DNA from: Mustelus asterias | Lineage: Eukaryota | Direction: 5' to 3' | NCBI RefSeq assembly: GCF_964213995.1 | Contig: NW_027590175.1 | Location: 806,001-870,000 of the forward strand | Length of the DNA: 64,000 bases | Part shown: positions 19,917-33,049 of the stretch, in pieces | How the letters are laid out: the number at the start of each line of letters is the position of its first letter | Numbering within the stretch: the first letter of the stretch is position 1 | Position numbers and translations under genes: made by a program | Notes under the pieces: generated by a model | Told to the model about the DNA's origin: nothing | Seen by the model: the letters and a program-made list of their open reading frames with translations, nothing else | Database searches by the model: none

Positions 19917-21792
19917 CCATAAGACCATAAGACCATAAGACATAGGAGCGGAAGTAAGGCCATTCGGCCCATCGAGTCCACTCCACCATTCAATCATGGT
20001 TGATTTCAACTCCATTTACCCGCTCTCTCCCCATAGCCCTTAATTCCTCGAGAAATCAAGAATTTATCAATTTCTGTCTTGAAGACGCTCAACGTCTCGG
20101 CCTCCACAGCCCTCTGTGGCAATGAATTCCACAGACCCACCACTCTCTGGCTGAAGAAATTTCTCCTCATCTCTGTTCTAAAGTGACTCCCTTTTATTCT
20201 AAGGCTGTGCCCCCGCGTCCTAGTCTCCCCTGTTAATGGAAACAACTTCCCTACGTCCATCCTATCTAAGCCGTTCATTATCTTGTAAGTTTCTATCAGA
20301 TCTCCCCTCAACCTCCTAAACTCCAATGAATATAATCCCACGATCCTCAGACGTTCATCGTATGTCAGGCCTACCATTCCTGGGATCATCCGTGTGAATC
20401 TCCGCTGGACCCGCTCCAGTGCTAGTATGTCCTTCCTGAGGTGTGGGGCCCAAAATTGCTCACAGTACTCCAAATGGGGCCTAACCAGTGCTTTATAAAG
20501 CCTCAGAAGTACATCCCTGCTTTTGTATTCCAAGCCTCTTGAGATAAATGACAACATTACATTTGCTTTCTTAATTACGGACTCAACCTGCAAGTTTACC
20601 TTTAGAGAATCCTGGACTAGGACTCCCAAGTCCCTTTGCACTTTAGCATTATGAATTTTGTCACCGTTTAGAAAATAGTCCATGCCTCTATTCTTTTTTC
20701 CAAAGTGTACGACCTCGCACTTGCCCACGTTGAATTTCATCAGCCACTTCTTGGACCACTCTCCTAAACTGTCTAAATCTTTCTGCAGCCTCCCCACCTC
20801 CTCAATACTACCTGCCCCTCCACCTATCTTTGTATCATCGGCAAACTTGGCCAGAATGCTCCCAGTCCCGTCATCTAGATCGTTAATATATAAAGAGAAC
20901 AGCTGTGGCCCCAACACTGAACCCTGCGGGACACCACTTGTCACCGGTTGCCATTCTGAGAAAGAACCTTTTATCCCAACTCTCTGCCTTCTGTCTGACA
21001 GCCAATCGTCAATCCATGTTAGTACCTTGCCTCGAATACCATGGGCCCTTATTTTACTCAGCAGTCTCCCGTGAGGCACCTTGTCAAAGGCCTTTTGGAA
21101 GTCAAGATAGATAACATCCATTGGCTCTCCTTGGTCTAACCTATTTGTTATCTCTTCAAAGAACTCTAACAGGTTTGTCAGGCACGACCTCCCCTTACTA
21201 AATCCATGCTGACTTGTCTTAATCCGACCCTGCACTTCCAAGAATTTAGAAATCTCATCCTTAACGATGGATTCTAGAATTTTGCCAACAACTGAGGTTA
21301 GGCTAATTGGCCTATAATTTTCCATCTTTTTTCTTGTTCCCTTCTTGAACAGTGGGATTACAACAGCGATTTTCCAATCCTCTGGGACTTTCCCTGACTC
21401 CAGTGACTTTTGAAAGATCATAACTAACGCCTCCACTATTTCTTCAGCTATCTCCTTTAGAACTCTAGGATGTAGCCCATCTGGGCCCGGAGATTTATCA
21501 ATTTTCAGACCTTTTAGTTTCTCTAGCACTTTCTCCTTTGTGATGGCAACCATATTCAACTCTGCCCCCTGACTTTCCTGAATTGTTGGGATATTACTCA
21601 TGTCTTCTACTGTGAAGACTGACGCAAAGTACTTATTAAGTTCCTCAGCTATTTCCTTGTCTCCCATCACTAGATTACCAGCGTCATTTTGGAGCGGCCC
21701 AATGTCTACTTTTGCCTCCCGTTTGTTTTTAATGTATTTAAAGAAACTTTTACTATCATTCCTAATGTTACTGGCTAGCCTACCTTCATATT
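19917..21792 (-). mobile_element. CR1 LINE (second subfamily), 5'-truncated, uninterrupted RT ORF 21670-20006
   Basis: 554-aa ORF with [19 protein letters not shown] and FADD; (CTTATGGT)n tail. It abuts another CR1 3' end at about 19770-19916. Confidence 0.95.
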
Positions 21793-21854
21793 TCAGTTCA
21801 AGGGCAATGAGTTATGGGCAATGAGTTATGGGCAATAGATGCTGACGCAGCCAA

Positions 21855-23120
21855 CACATAGAGTCATAGAGCAATACAGCACGGAAACAGGCCCTTGGGC
21901 CCAACTGATCCATGCCAACCATGGTGCCCTCCCAGCTAGTCCCAATTCCCCATGTTTGGCTCATATCCCTCTCATCCTTTCCAATTCATGTACTTATCCA
22001 AATGCTTTTTAAATGTTTAAATCTGCTGTTTGAACCTGCCTCAACCACTTTCTCTGGCAGCTCATTCCATGTACACACCACCCTCTGCATGAAGAAGTTG
22101 CCCCTCCGGTCCCTTTTAATCTTTCCCCTCTCAACTTGAGGTCATTAATTAATTAATCAATCTTAAACCCATGTCCTCTAGTTTTCAATTCTCTTACCCT
22201 GGCAAAACGGCAATGTGGGTTCATCCTATCTATGCCCCCCATGATTTAATACACCTCAGTATAGTCACCCCACATTCTCCTACATTCGAAGGAATAAAGC
22301 CCTCGCCTGTCCAACCTCTGGCGATCACTCAGGCCCATTAGTCCCGGCAACATCCTCATAAATCTTCTTTGCACTCTTTCCAGTTTATCAATGTCTTTCC
22401 TATAACAGGGTGACAAAAACTGTACACAATGCTCCAAGTGCAGCCTCACCAACGACTCATACAATGATAACATAATGTCCCAACTCCTATACTCAGTGCC
22501 CTGACTGATGAAGGCCAGTGTACTAAATGCCTTCTTCACCACTCTGAGTACCTGTGCCGCCACTTTCAACAAACCATGTACTTGTACTCCTGGGTTCCTT
22601 TGTTCCTCAACACTCCCCAGGGCCTTACCATTCACTGTACAAGTCCTACCCTGGTTTGACTTTCCAAAATGCAACACTCACACTTAAGACCATAAGACAT
22701 AGGAGCAGAATTAGGCCACTCGGCCCATCGAGTCTGCTCCGCCATTCAATCATGGCTGATATTTTTCTCATCCCCATTCTCCTGCCTTTTTCCCATGACC
22801 CCTGATCCCTTATTAATCAAGAACCTATATATCTCTGTCTTAAAGACAGTCAATGACCCGGCCTCCACAGCCTTCTGCGGCAAAGAGTTCCACAAATTCA
22901 CCACTCTCTGGCTGAAGAAATTCCTCTTTATCTCTGTTTTAAAGGATCGTCCTTTAGCCTGAGGTTGTGCCTCTGTACTCTGTATTATCTGTACTGAAAT
23001 CCATTTGCCAATCATCGACCCACTTCCCCAACTGATCAAGATCCCCCTGTAATTTTTCATAACCCTCTTTGTTATCAGTGATACCTCCTAATTTAGTATC
23101 GTCTGCAAACTTGCTAACCA
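21855..23120 (-). mobile_element. Nested CR1 3' fragments
   Basis: ORFs 22246-22677 and 22746-23060 (LERVQRRF, FFSQRVVNLWNSLP); an inner element starts at about 22685 with a TAAGACCATAAGACATAGG tail. Confidence 0.85.
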
Positions 23121-24303
23121 TGTTTTTTATGGATTTTTAAACGGCCATCCATTTCTCTGTTTCACCTCTGCCCTCCCTGATCAGCTCTCTGCCATTGTCT
23201 ACCTTCCTCTGCCTCTAATAATGGGTGTATTTTAACTATTATTTCCGCAAGCTATGTCTTGATGAGGTTTTTACCACTTCACAACTCTGTTCACTGCTGA
23301 TTTACCAGCTTAGTCTTACAATGTTCAGGAATTGTTTCTCTTCCACTGGAGATCATTTCCCTTCCACTTCTGAGCTTATATTGACCAACAAAATCTGGTA
23401 CATTTTTATTCCCTGTAATTCATTCTGCCCACCCTGAAACGTTAATCTTCTTTCTGTCTAAAAGGATGGTCTCTTTCCTCATGTTCACAATTAAAGGGCA
23501 GGAGATGGCTGACATTTAAGGGGACAGTAAATTAATATAGGACAGAGATATGTCTAGTGTTATTATATGGTACCCAGATTAGATAATTATGTTTCTGTAA
23601 TAAAATACATTTATTATTTCTTGCATTGTAATCTAATATTGTAGCGATGTTATACATTTCCAGTCATAAAGTCATTACAGCACAGAAGGAATCCATTTGG
23701 TAACTCGAGTCCATGCTGACTCTCTGTATAACATTCTAGTCCCATCCCCACTCTATATCCCCATTCTCCTGAAAGTTTATTTCCTTCAAGTGCCCACCCA
23801 CTTTCATTTTTAAATAGAATCCATGGATATGGATGGAGAGTTACAGCTTTTTGGGACTGAAATAGGAAAGAATGTTCCATAGAAACTAGAATTGTCTGTT
23901 CTGAATTTCTATCCTGTTCTGACACTGATGACTTTTGTAAACTTGTTTTACAGGATATTGAAAGAGGAAACACAGGCCAAAATCTCAAACGTCACGTCAG
24001 ATCTGACAGAGTCATATTCCTTGGGAGCTGAATATCATCGGCCTTTGAATCTAGAAGGAGAAATTGTTGTCCAGTCTGTCAATTTGAAAAGATTGCAAGT
24101 GTCAGTGTGACTGGAAAAGCATCAACACACTGCCACACTCAAGTGAGAGTCTTCCAGTGCACTGACTAAAGAGCTTTAACCAGTTACACAGCCTGAATAA
24201 ATATCACATCATTCACAGCGGGGAGAGACTGTACCCGTGTTCTGTGTGTGGACGAGGCTTCAACTGATTGTCCACCCAAGACAGAGGCAAGGACACCTGC
24301 ACC

Positions 24304-25398
24304 ATGGAGAAACCATGGAAATGTGCAGACTGTGGGAAGAGATACAGATACCCATCAGTGCTGGAAGCTCATCGGCGCAACCACACTGGGGAGAGACCAT
24401 TCACGTGCTCTCAGTGTGGGAAGGGATTCACTCAGTCATTCAGCCTGCAGTCACACAAGCAAGTTCACGCTGGGGAGAGACCGTTCACCTGCTCTCAGTG
24501 TGGGAAGGGATTCACTCACTCATCCCACCTGCGGAGGCACCAGCGAGTTCACACGAGGGAGAGATCGTTCACGTGTTCTCAGTGTGGGGAGGGATTCACT
24601 CAGTCATCCAGCCTGCACACACACCGGCGAGTTCACACTGGGGAGAGGCTGTTCAGCTGCTCTCAGTGTGGGGAGGGATTCACTTGTTCATCCAACCTGT
24701 GGACACACCAGCGAGTTCACACTGGGGAGAGGCTGTTCAGCTGCACTCGGTGTGGGGAGGGATTCACTTGTTTATCCACCCTGCAGACACACCAGCGAGT
24801 TCACACTGGGGAGAGGCCATTCAACTGCTCTCAGTGTGGGAAGGGATTCACTTGTTCATCCAACCTGCGGAGGCACCAGCGAGTTCACACTGGGGAGAGG
24901 CCATTCACCTGTTGTCAGTGTGGGAAGGGATTCATTCAGTTATCCGATCTGCAGACACACCAGCGAGTGCACACTGGGGAGAGACCGTTCACCTGTTCTC
25001 AGTGTGGGAAGGGTTTCACTCGGTTTTCTGACCTGCGGGCACACCAGCGAGTTCATACTGGGGAGAGGCCATTTATCTGCTCCGAGTGTGGGATGGGATT
25101 TACTCAGTCATTCAACCTGCTAAAACACCAGCGAAGTCACACTGGAGAGAGGCCATTCACTTGCTCCAGTTGTGGGAAGGGATTTATTGATTCATCCAGC
25201 CTGCTGAGACACCAGCGAGTTCACACCGGGGAGAGACCATTCACCTGCTCTGATTGTGGCAAGGGATTCAGTCAATCATCCAACCTGGTAAAGCACCAGC
25301 GAATTCACACTGGGGACAGGCCATTCACCTGCTCCGTGTGTGGGAAGGGATTCACTCAGTCACCTCACCTGCTGAAACACCATCATGTTCACGAGTGA
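24304..25398 (+). CDS. C2H2 zinc-finger protein ZNF-2 (13 fingers)
   Basis: MEKPWKC start, 364 aa of tandem fingers; acceptor TTTTACAG near 23945-23952. Confidence 0.9.
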   Translation: MEKPWKCADCGKRYRYPSVLEAHRRNHTGERPFTCSQCGKGFTQSFSLQSHKQVHAGERPFTCSQCGKGFTHSSHLRRHQRVHTRERSFTCSQCGEGFTQSSSLHTHRRVHTGERLFSCSQCGEGFTCSSNLWTHQRVHTGERLFSCTRCGEGFTCLSTLQTHQRVHTGERPFNCSQCGKGFTCSSNLRRHQRVHTGERPFTCCQCGKGFIQLSDLQTHQRVHTGERPFTCSQCGKGFTRFSDLRAHQRVHTGERPFICSECGMGFTQSFNLLKHQRSHTGERPFTCSSCGKGFIDSSSLLRHQRVHTGERPFTCSDCGKGFSQSSNLVKHQRIHTGDRPFTCSVCGKGFTQSPHLLKHHHVHE

Positions 25399-26419
25399 CT
25401 GCAAGGACTGAATTTTGCTGTTAATCACATCGAGGTCCCAACCATTTTCATTGGTGTCTGTTTCTGCTGATGTTAATAAACCCTGGCCCAGTTGTAAGAT
25501 TTGTATTGTGGATTGTCTTGTCTGAGTCCTGAACACATAAATAAAAACAAGAAGTGCTGTAAAAACTCAGCAGGTCTGACAGCATCTCTGGAGAGAGAAA
25601 CAGAGCTAATGTTTTGACACTGAAGAAGAGTCACATTCAACTGGAAACATTAACTGTTCCTGTCTTTACAGATTCTGTCAGACGTACTGAGATTTTGCAG
25701 CAACTTCTGCTTTTAGAATGACAGTGAATGCTGGATACATGAATCACAGATTGGTGTAAAACTGGGATCTGCTCCTAAATGAAAGTGAAACAGCAGGTTA
25801 AAGTTTCCAGTCTGAAAAGTACCATGGTTGTTATACTATATATACCATTTTAAGGCTGGTTTTAACTCATTTAAAATAAACCTATTTAAAATATATTTGT
25901 TAAAGTCAGTATTAAAATACGAGTTGGATGAGTTCACAGGAGCCTGTTAACCGCTGGGACAATTATTCAACAAACATTGGATTTCCAGATAGAGAAGAAG
26001 CTGCAGTTTGTTTGCAGGAATTCCCTGTTTTATTGATGTGTGTGTGTTAGACATCAGGATAACTAAAAATACACAAACCTGGACATCAATGGTGATCTGA
26101 TTGACAGTTACTCTGGGAATCACTCCCACTGTGAAACTTCAGCACTGACACTGCTGAATGTTGTCGGCTCAGGGAGTGGGGCCTCCAGGAGTGGACTGTA
26201 AAAAAGGCTGGGTTTCAGTATCCTGACTAATATATGGTGAGGAACCAGAAAAATCCTTACTGAGGAACTGCCTGGGGTTTTACCAGTGTAGGTTCAGGGG
26301 CGAATGATTCCTGACTCCCTGAAATATCTGATATTAAACCCAGTTTGGAACAAGATTCATTCAGTTTCCAGGAGAATAGAGACAAATATCACCCACAACT
26401 GAGAGAGAGAAAAACAGCC

Positions 26420-27180
26420 ACCTTGATCAATGACTTGGATGAAGCCAGAATTGATGATACAAAGATAGGTAGAAAAGCAAGTTGTGAGGTTATTACAAAA
26501 AATCTGTAAGGGACACAGATAAGTTACCTGAATGGACAGAAAAATGGCAGATGGAGGATAGTGCGGGAAAGTGGGAGCTTTTCCACTTTGGCAGGAAGAA
26601 TAGAGAAGCAAAAAATTGTTTAAATATACAGAAACTGAAGAATACTGCCGTAGAGAGGAATCTGGGTGTCCTTGTACATGAATCGTGAAAAAATAGGATG
26701 AAGGTACAGCAAGTAAAGAAGAAGGCAAATGGAGTGTTGGACTTTACTGCAAGGGGGTGGAGTTTGAAAAAGGGAACTTGCTGCACCTACACAGGACATT
26801 GCTGAGATAGCAGCTGGAATACTGTGTACGGTTCTGGTCTCCCTACTTATGGAATGACATGCTTTCATTGGAATGAGTTCAGAGAAAGTTCACCAGGCCC
26901 ATTCCTAAGATGAAGGTGTTGTCTTTTGAGGAAAGGTTGTGAAGGTGTAGGGGAGAATTCTCCCATCCCACCCACCACAGGAATCGTAGCAGGCCGGGGG
27001 GTGGACCACACAAAGGTCCTTTGACCTCGGGGGGGATTCTCCAGTTTTGGGGAAGTGATGCCACACAATCCAACTCGTTGTCTTTTGGGGAAGGGTTGCA
27101 CCTATACTCATTAGGTTTGGAAGAATGAGCAGTGAACATTCTGAAACATATAAGATTCTCATGGACAGTTGACAGGCGAG
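26420..27180 (+). mobile_element. Old degenerate CR1 fragment with an internal insertion (about 26950-27065)
   Basis: DDTKIG, RNLGVLVHES and LEYCVRFWSP remnants. Confidence 0.6.
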
Positions 27181-27314
27181 AGGCCAAGAGGATGATTCAT
27201 GAAGAGTTTTGAACTTGGTGCCACAGATCTCCAAGGAAGCCAAGGGTATTGTTTTAGCCCTTACAGACACCAATACTTTATCCTCAGTTTTAGGCAGGTT
27301 AGTCAGAGGTTTAG

Positions 27315-27410
27315 TCAGCTGTGGTGAAAGCTTCAACCAATCATCTGGCCTTTTGGAACATAATTTGCAGTCACAGGGAGATGCCATGGAAATGTGGGGA
27401 TTGTAGGAAG
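27315..27410 (+). pseudogene. C2H2 ZNF relic truncated by a CR1 insertion
   Basis: SCGESFNQSSGLLEH..MPWKCGDCRK remnant immediately before the CR1 tail at 27411. Confidence 0.55.
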
Positions 27411-28815
27411 AACATAAGAACTAGGAGCAGGAGTAGGCCATCTGGCCCCTCGAGCCCTCATGGCTGATCTTTTTGTGGATTCAGCTCCACTTACCTGCCC
27501 GCTCACCATAGCCCTTAATTCCTTTACTGTTTAATAATTTATCTATCCTTGCCTTAAAAACATTCAATGAGGTAGCCCCAACTGCTTCACTGGGCAGGGA
27601 ATTCCACAGATTCACAACTCTTTGTGTGAAGAAGTTCCTCCTCAACTCAGTCCTAAATCTGCTTCCCCTTATTTTGAGGCTATGCCCCCAAGTTCTAGTT
27701 TCACCCGCCAGTGGAAACAACTTCCCTGCTTCTATCTTATCTATTCCCTTCATAATCTTATATGTTTCTATAAGATCTCCCCTCATTCTTCTGAATTCCA
27801 ATGAGTATAGCCCCAGTCTATTCAGTTTCTCCTCATCAGCCAACCCTCTCAACTCCGGAATCAACCTCGTGAATCTCCTCTGCACCCCCTCCAGTGCCAG
27901 TATATCCTTTCTCAAGTAAGGAGACCAAAACTGTACACAATAACTCCAGGTGTGGCCTCACCAGCACCTTATACAGCTGCAACATAACCTCGCTGTTTTT
28001 AAACTCCATCCCTCTAGCAATGAAGGACAAAATTCCATTTGCCTTCTTAATTACCTGTTGCACCTGCAAACCAACTCTTTGAGATTCCTGCACAAGGACA
28101 CCCAGGTCCCTCTGCACAGCAGCATGCTGCAATTTTTTACCATTTAAATAATAGTCCATTTTGCTGTTATTCCTACCAAAATGGATGACCTCACATTTAC
28201 CAACATTGTACTCCATCTGCCAGACCCTCGCCCACTCACTTAGATTATCTATATCCCTTTGCAGACTTTCAGCGTCCTCTGCACACTTTGCTCTTAGTGC
28301 CATCTGCGAATTTTGACACACTACTCTTGGTCCCCACCTCCAAATCATCGATGTAAATCGTAAACAATTGCAGTCCCAACACTGATCCCTGAGGCACACA
28401 ACTCGTCACTGATCGCCAACCAGAAAAACACTCATTTACCCCCACTCTTTGCTTTCTGTTAGTTAACCAATCCTCTATCCATGCTAATACATTACCCGTA
28501 CAACTGTGCATGTTTATCTTATGCAGCAGTCTTTGGTGCGGCACCTTGTCAAATGCCTTCTGGAAATCCAGATACACCACATCCACAGGTTCCCCATTGT
28601 CCACTGCACATGTAATGTTCTCAAAGAATTCCACCAAATTAGTCAAACATGACCTGCCCTTCATGAACCCATGCTGCGTCTTACCAATGGGACAATTTAT
28701 ATCCAGATGTCTCGCTATTTTTTCCCTGATGATAGATCCAAGCATTTTCCCTCCGACAGAAATTAAGCTAACCAGCCTATAGTTACCTGCCTTTTGACTA
28801 CCTCCTTTTTTAAAT
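27411..28815 (-). mobile_element. CR1 LINE, truncated and frameshifted
   Basis: ORFs 28269-28745, 27836-28399 and 27481-27915 carry RT motifs. Confidence 0.9.
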
Positions 28816-29544
28816 GTTTGTGACTTTGTGAAACCTGTTTCTGTTGTCTGAGCTGACTGGAATTAGAGCCAGAGCAGGAGTAATCCAGGGGAATGATTTG
28901 GAGGTAAAGCAAAATCCAGCAGATGCTGGAGTTCTGAAAAGAACCAACCTGCTGAGTTTATCCAGCATTTTCTCTATTTATTATAATGAGTTGGGGACCT
29001 GGGTTTGAATCCCACCACGTTTCAATAAAAATATTGATGAGCATGAATTAATTGTTGTAAAAACACATTTGGTTCTCTAATGCCCTTTAAGGAAGGAAAT
29101 CTGCCGCCCTGATCCAGTCTAACCGACATGTGACTGGATTCACAAACAATTCAAGGGCTGACTGGGTAAACAGGGAATGTCACCATCAGAAAAACAGAGC
29201 CCCCTGGAGGGCAGAAGGGTTAGAACAGGTTATGGAGAAGGTTAAAACTGTCATCATTGAGAACAACACAGACTTTAACAGAACAACTTGTCCCAAACAC
29301 AATCTCTTATAGTTAGTGTGGCAGGGTGTGGTGAATCAGGTTTAAAAAGAGTCAAATTATATATGTTTTCTAGTTTGGACAACCACATTTAAATCTGGGA
29401 CTCAAATGAGGATATGAATTGGTGTTTGGTGGTAAGATCTAAATCTGTGTATTACGCCTGGAAGCCTTAAACCCAGACTGAGAATATTTCAAACCAGGGT
29501 TCAAAATGAACGGCTGTGGATGGTGAATTCACCCTCAAAAGAAA

Positions 29545-30122
29545 ACAAAGAAAATTACAGCACAGGAACATTCCTTCGACCCTCCAAGCCTGCACCAACC
29601 ACGCTGCCTAACTGAACAAAAACCCCCTACCCTTCTGGGGACCATATCCCTCCATTCCCATCCTATTCATGTATTTGTCAAGACGCCCCTTAAAACTCAC
29701 TATCGTATCTGCTTCCACTCCCTCCCCCGGCAGCGAATTCCAGGCACCCACCACCCTCTGGGTAAAAAACCTGCCTCCTTTAAACCTTGCCCCTCGCACC
29801 TTAAACCTATGCCCCCTAGTAATTGACTCTTCTACCCTGGGAAAAAGCTTCTATCCACTTTGCCCAAGCCCCTCACAATCTTGTAGACTTTGTTAGATCG
29901 CCCTCAACCTGCGTCGTTCCAGTGAGAACAAACCAAGTTTTTCCAACCTCTCCTCATAGCTAATGCCCTCCATGCCAGGCAACATTCTGGTAGATCTTTT
30001 CTGTACCCTCTCCGCCCTCTCCAAAGCCTCCACATCTTTCTGGTAGTGTGGCGACCAGAATTGAACACTATATTCCAAGTGCGGCCTAACTGAGGTTCTA
30101 TAAAACTGCAACATGACTTGCC
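29545..30122 (-). mobile_element. CR1 3' fragment
   Basis: VRPHLEYSVQFWSPHY and FFTQRVVGAWNSLP motifs; AACAAAGAAAATTACAGCACAGG tail. Confidence 0.85.
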
Positions 30123-31392
30123 AAAAGGCCCGCAGAAATTCTGTCTTGTGAGGAACTACTGGAAGAAAATAAATCATCCTGTACATGGGAGAGACAGAAA
30201 CTGTGAGGTCCATCTCCTCCAATCACAGATTCTGTCTCTCCCGATGTTGCTACAGCTGCAGAGACAGAATCTCAAATTGGAGGAACAGCTTTGCCACCTA
30301 TTTTGAGAAAAGAAGTTCACTGACTCAGCAGCCTATCGGTGATGTGTGGAGGAGTTGTGTCTTCCTGCTACAGAACTAGTTTCATAGCAGTGTGAGCCTC
30401 AAAAGGCATGAGCCAACCATCGGCAGAGCTTTCCCCATTCTGCTGAACAAGTCTCGATTATTTTTATATATCTCAGAAGGTGGGGGGTACAACTCAGGAA
30501 TTTGAGTAACCAGATATTGTGAACGTACTTACAATCACTTGGGTCGTCACATTAGAAATTGAGATCCATTCATCCAGGTTCATATTCTAAACTGCTTTTA
30601 TTTGCAGTTTAACGCTCACAGACAACATACAGAATCCCCGGTCAGAGCTGATCTCAGCTGTTGTAGTGAGGTTATTGATGGGTTATCAATGTAAATCCAC
30701 ACACAATGAAGATCAGAATCGGGAGAGATTTTTCCTGCTCCACTGTCTGAACCAGTAAACATCTGATTCAGTTACCTTGTGTCAAATAGTTAGAATTCTC
30801 ATTTTGGAAAGAGAGTATGGGAGTATTTTTAAAGTAAATTAACAAAAAACATCATTCATAGATTCCAATTTAAAAGATTTAATATATACACAGTCTTCAG
30901 TATTTGTGCTATCTTATCGAAAGAAGTAAACTAACAGAAACACAAAAGGTAATGTTACTACGTGACTACATCACTAATAAAGGAGTTACTGAGAATGGAA
31001 AACGATGCCCTGGAAACCAAAAAATAGCCCTTAAAAATCAAAGAGTAGCTTTCCAGAAAATCTCAATACAAGCATTGAAAATAAATACTTTGTGCCCTGC
31101 AGATGGATCTTTCAGAGAATGAATTGTAGATTTTGCCCAAAGATCAAATTAGAATTGAAGCAAAAGTTCTTAACTTTATTCTAAACAGGTTCCTGTTGAG
31201 AGTTCTTCAATTAAGGGGGAAGATCACTGGTGGTGCTTTTAAAAAGTGGCATTGCAGCCCTGAAAATCAGTGACACTTCCAGAATATTAAATTCCAGCTA
31301 GTTATAGGGTTTGTTAACATCAGCAGAAATAAAATATTGTCAGACTGTCAATACTGAACAGCAGCAAAAACAGCAAAATCCAACCCCTGCAG

Positions 31393-32316
31393 TCACTGGT
31401 GAACTTGTTGATGTCTCAGGAGCCATTGTGACTGAGTGAATCCCTTCCCACACACAGAGCAGTTGAATGGCCTCTTAGTGTGAGTGCGTTGGTGAGCCAG
31501 CAGGTTGAAAGACTTTGCGAATCCCTTCCCACACACGGAGCAAGTGAATGGCCTCTCCCCTGTGTGAACCCGCTGGTGAGCAGAGAGGTTGGATGGCCGA
31601 TTGAATCCCTTCCCGCACACGGAGCATGTGAATGGTCTTTCTGCAGTGTGAGTGCGTCGGTGAGCAGTGAGGTTGGATGACTGCCTGAAATTCTTTCCAC
31701 AGTCAGTGCAGCTGAATGGCTTCTCTTCAGTGTGAATTTTCTGGTGTCTCAGCAGGGTGGGTAAAACTGTGAATCCCTTTCCACACACAAAGCAAGTAAA
31801 CGGTCTCTCCCCAGTGTGAATTCGCTGGTGTGCAATGAGGGAGGATGCCTGTCTGAAACTCCATCCACAGTCAGGGCAGCTGAATGGCTTCTCCTCAATG
31901 TGAACTCGCTGGTGTGACAGTAAGTGGGATGACCCAGTGAATCCCTTCCCACAGTCGGAGCAGGTGAACGGCCTCTCCCCAGTATGAACTCGCTGGTGTG
32001 ACAGCAGGTGGAATGACTGACTGAATCCCTTCCCACACACGGAGCAGATGAATGGTTTCTCCCTGGTGTGACTGCGTTGGTGCACAGTGAGTGCTGAAGA
32101 ATGCCTGAACCTCTTCGCACAGGAGGTGCACATGAATGGCTTTTCCTCAGTGTGAATTCTCTGGTGAGACCAAAGGCCCGATGACTGAATGAATCCCTCC
32201 CCACAGACAGAACAGGTGAACGGTCTCTCACCAGTGTGACTGCGCCGATGATTTTCCAGCAGGGAAGGGTAACTGAATCCTTTCCCACAGTCCCCACATT
32301 TCCACGGTTTCTCCAT
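31393..32316 (-). CDS. C2H2 zinc-finger protein ZNF-3 (11 fingers)
   Basis: 307-aa ORF starting [14 protein letters not shown]. Confidence 0.9.
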   Translation of the reverse strand: MEKPWKCGDCGKGFSYPSLLENHRRSHTGERPFTCSVCGEGFIQSSGLWSHQRIHTEEKPFMCTSCAKRFRHSSALTVHQRSHTREKPFICSVCGKGFSQSFHLLSHQRVHTGERPFTCSDCGKGFTGSSHLLSHQRVHIEEKPFSCPDCGWSFRQASSLIAHQRIHTGERPFTCFVCGKGFTVLPTLLRHQKIHTEEKPFSCTDCGKNFRQSSNLTAHRRTHTAERPFTCSVCGKGFNRPSNLSAHQRVHTGERPFTCSVCGKGFAKSFNLLAHQRTHTKRPFNCSVCGKGFTQSQWLLRHQQVHQ

Positions 32317-32874
32317 GATACTGGTGTCCTTATGTTTCTCCAGCTTTAACGATCAGTTGAAGCCTCATCCACACACAGAACACGTGTATAGTTTCTCCTC
32401 GCTGTGAATGCTGTGATGTTATTTCAGGCTGTGTAACTGGATAAAGCTCTTTCCACAGTCAACTCACTGAAACACTCTCACTCGGGTGTGCATGTATCTT
32501 GGTGCTTTTTCAGTCACACTGATGTTTGAAATCTTCTCCTCCAGACAGAAGACAAACATTTCTCCTTCCACGTTCAAAGTCTGAGGATATTTAAGTCCAA
32601 GTGAATCGAGACTCTGTCTGATTTTGATGTGATGTTTCTTCACCTCACCTGTAAAAGGAGTTTACAAAATTAATCACTGTCAGTCCAGGATAGAAATTTT
32701 GAACAGGCAATTCTAATTCTCTGGAAAATTTCTTCCTCTCTTGTTCCCCAAATCAATAAATTCCTGTCCCACAAACTCTCCCTCCTCCCTGGGCTGAAAT
32801 CCAAACCCATCTCACCATTTCTTTTCTCCACTCCCAGTTTGCTCCCTCCCTCTCCTCTGTCTGGGTTCAGTTCT

Positions 32875-33044
32875 GATGTGGAGATGCCGGCGTTGGACTG
32901 GGGTGAACACAGTAAGAGTTTTAACAACACCAGGTTAAAGTCCAACAGGTTTATTTGGTAGCAAACACCTAATGGTAGCTAATGGTGTTTGCTACCAAAT
33001 AAACCTGTTGGACTTTAACCTGGTGTTGTTAAAACTCTTACTGT
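32875..33044. mobile_element. Palindromic short insertion of a Penelope-like terminal sequence
   Basis: 65-bp perfect inverted arms 32905-32969 and 32984-33048; flanked by GTTCAGTTCT (32865-32874, 33045-33054); the paralogous site near 53345 is empty. Confidence 0.75.
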
Positions 33045-33049
33045 GTTCA

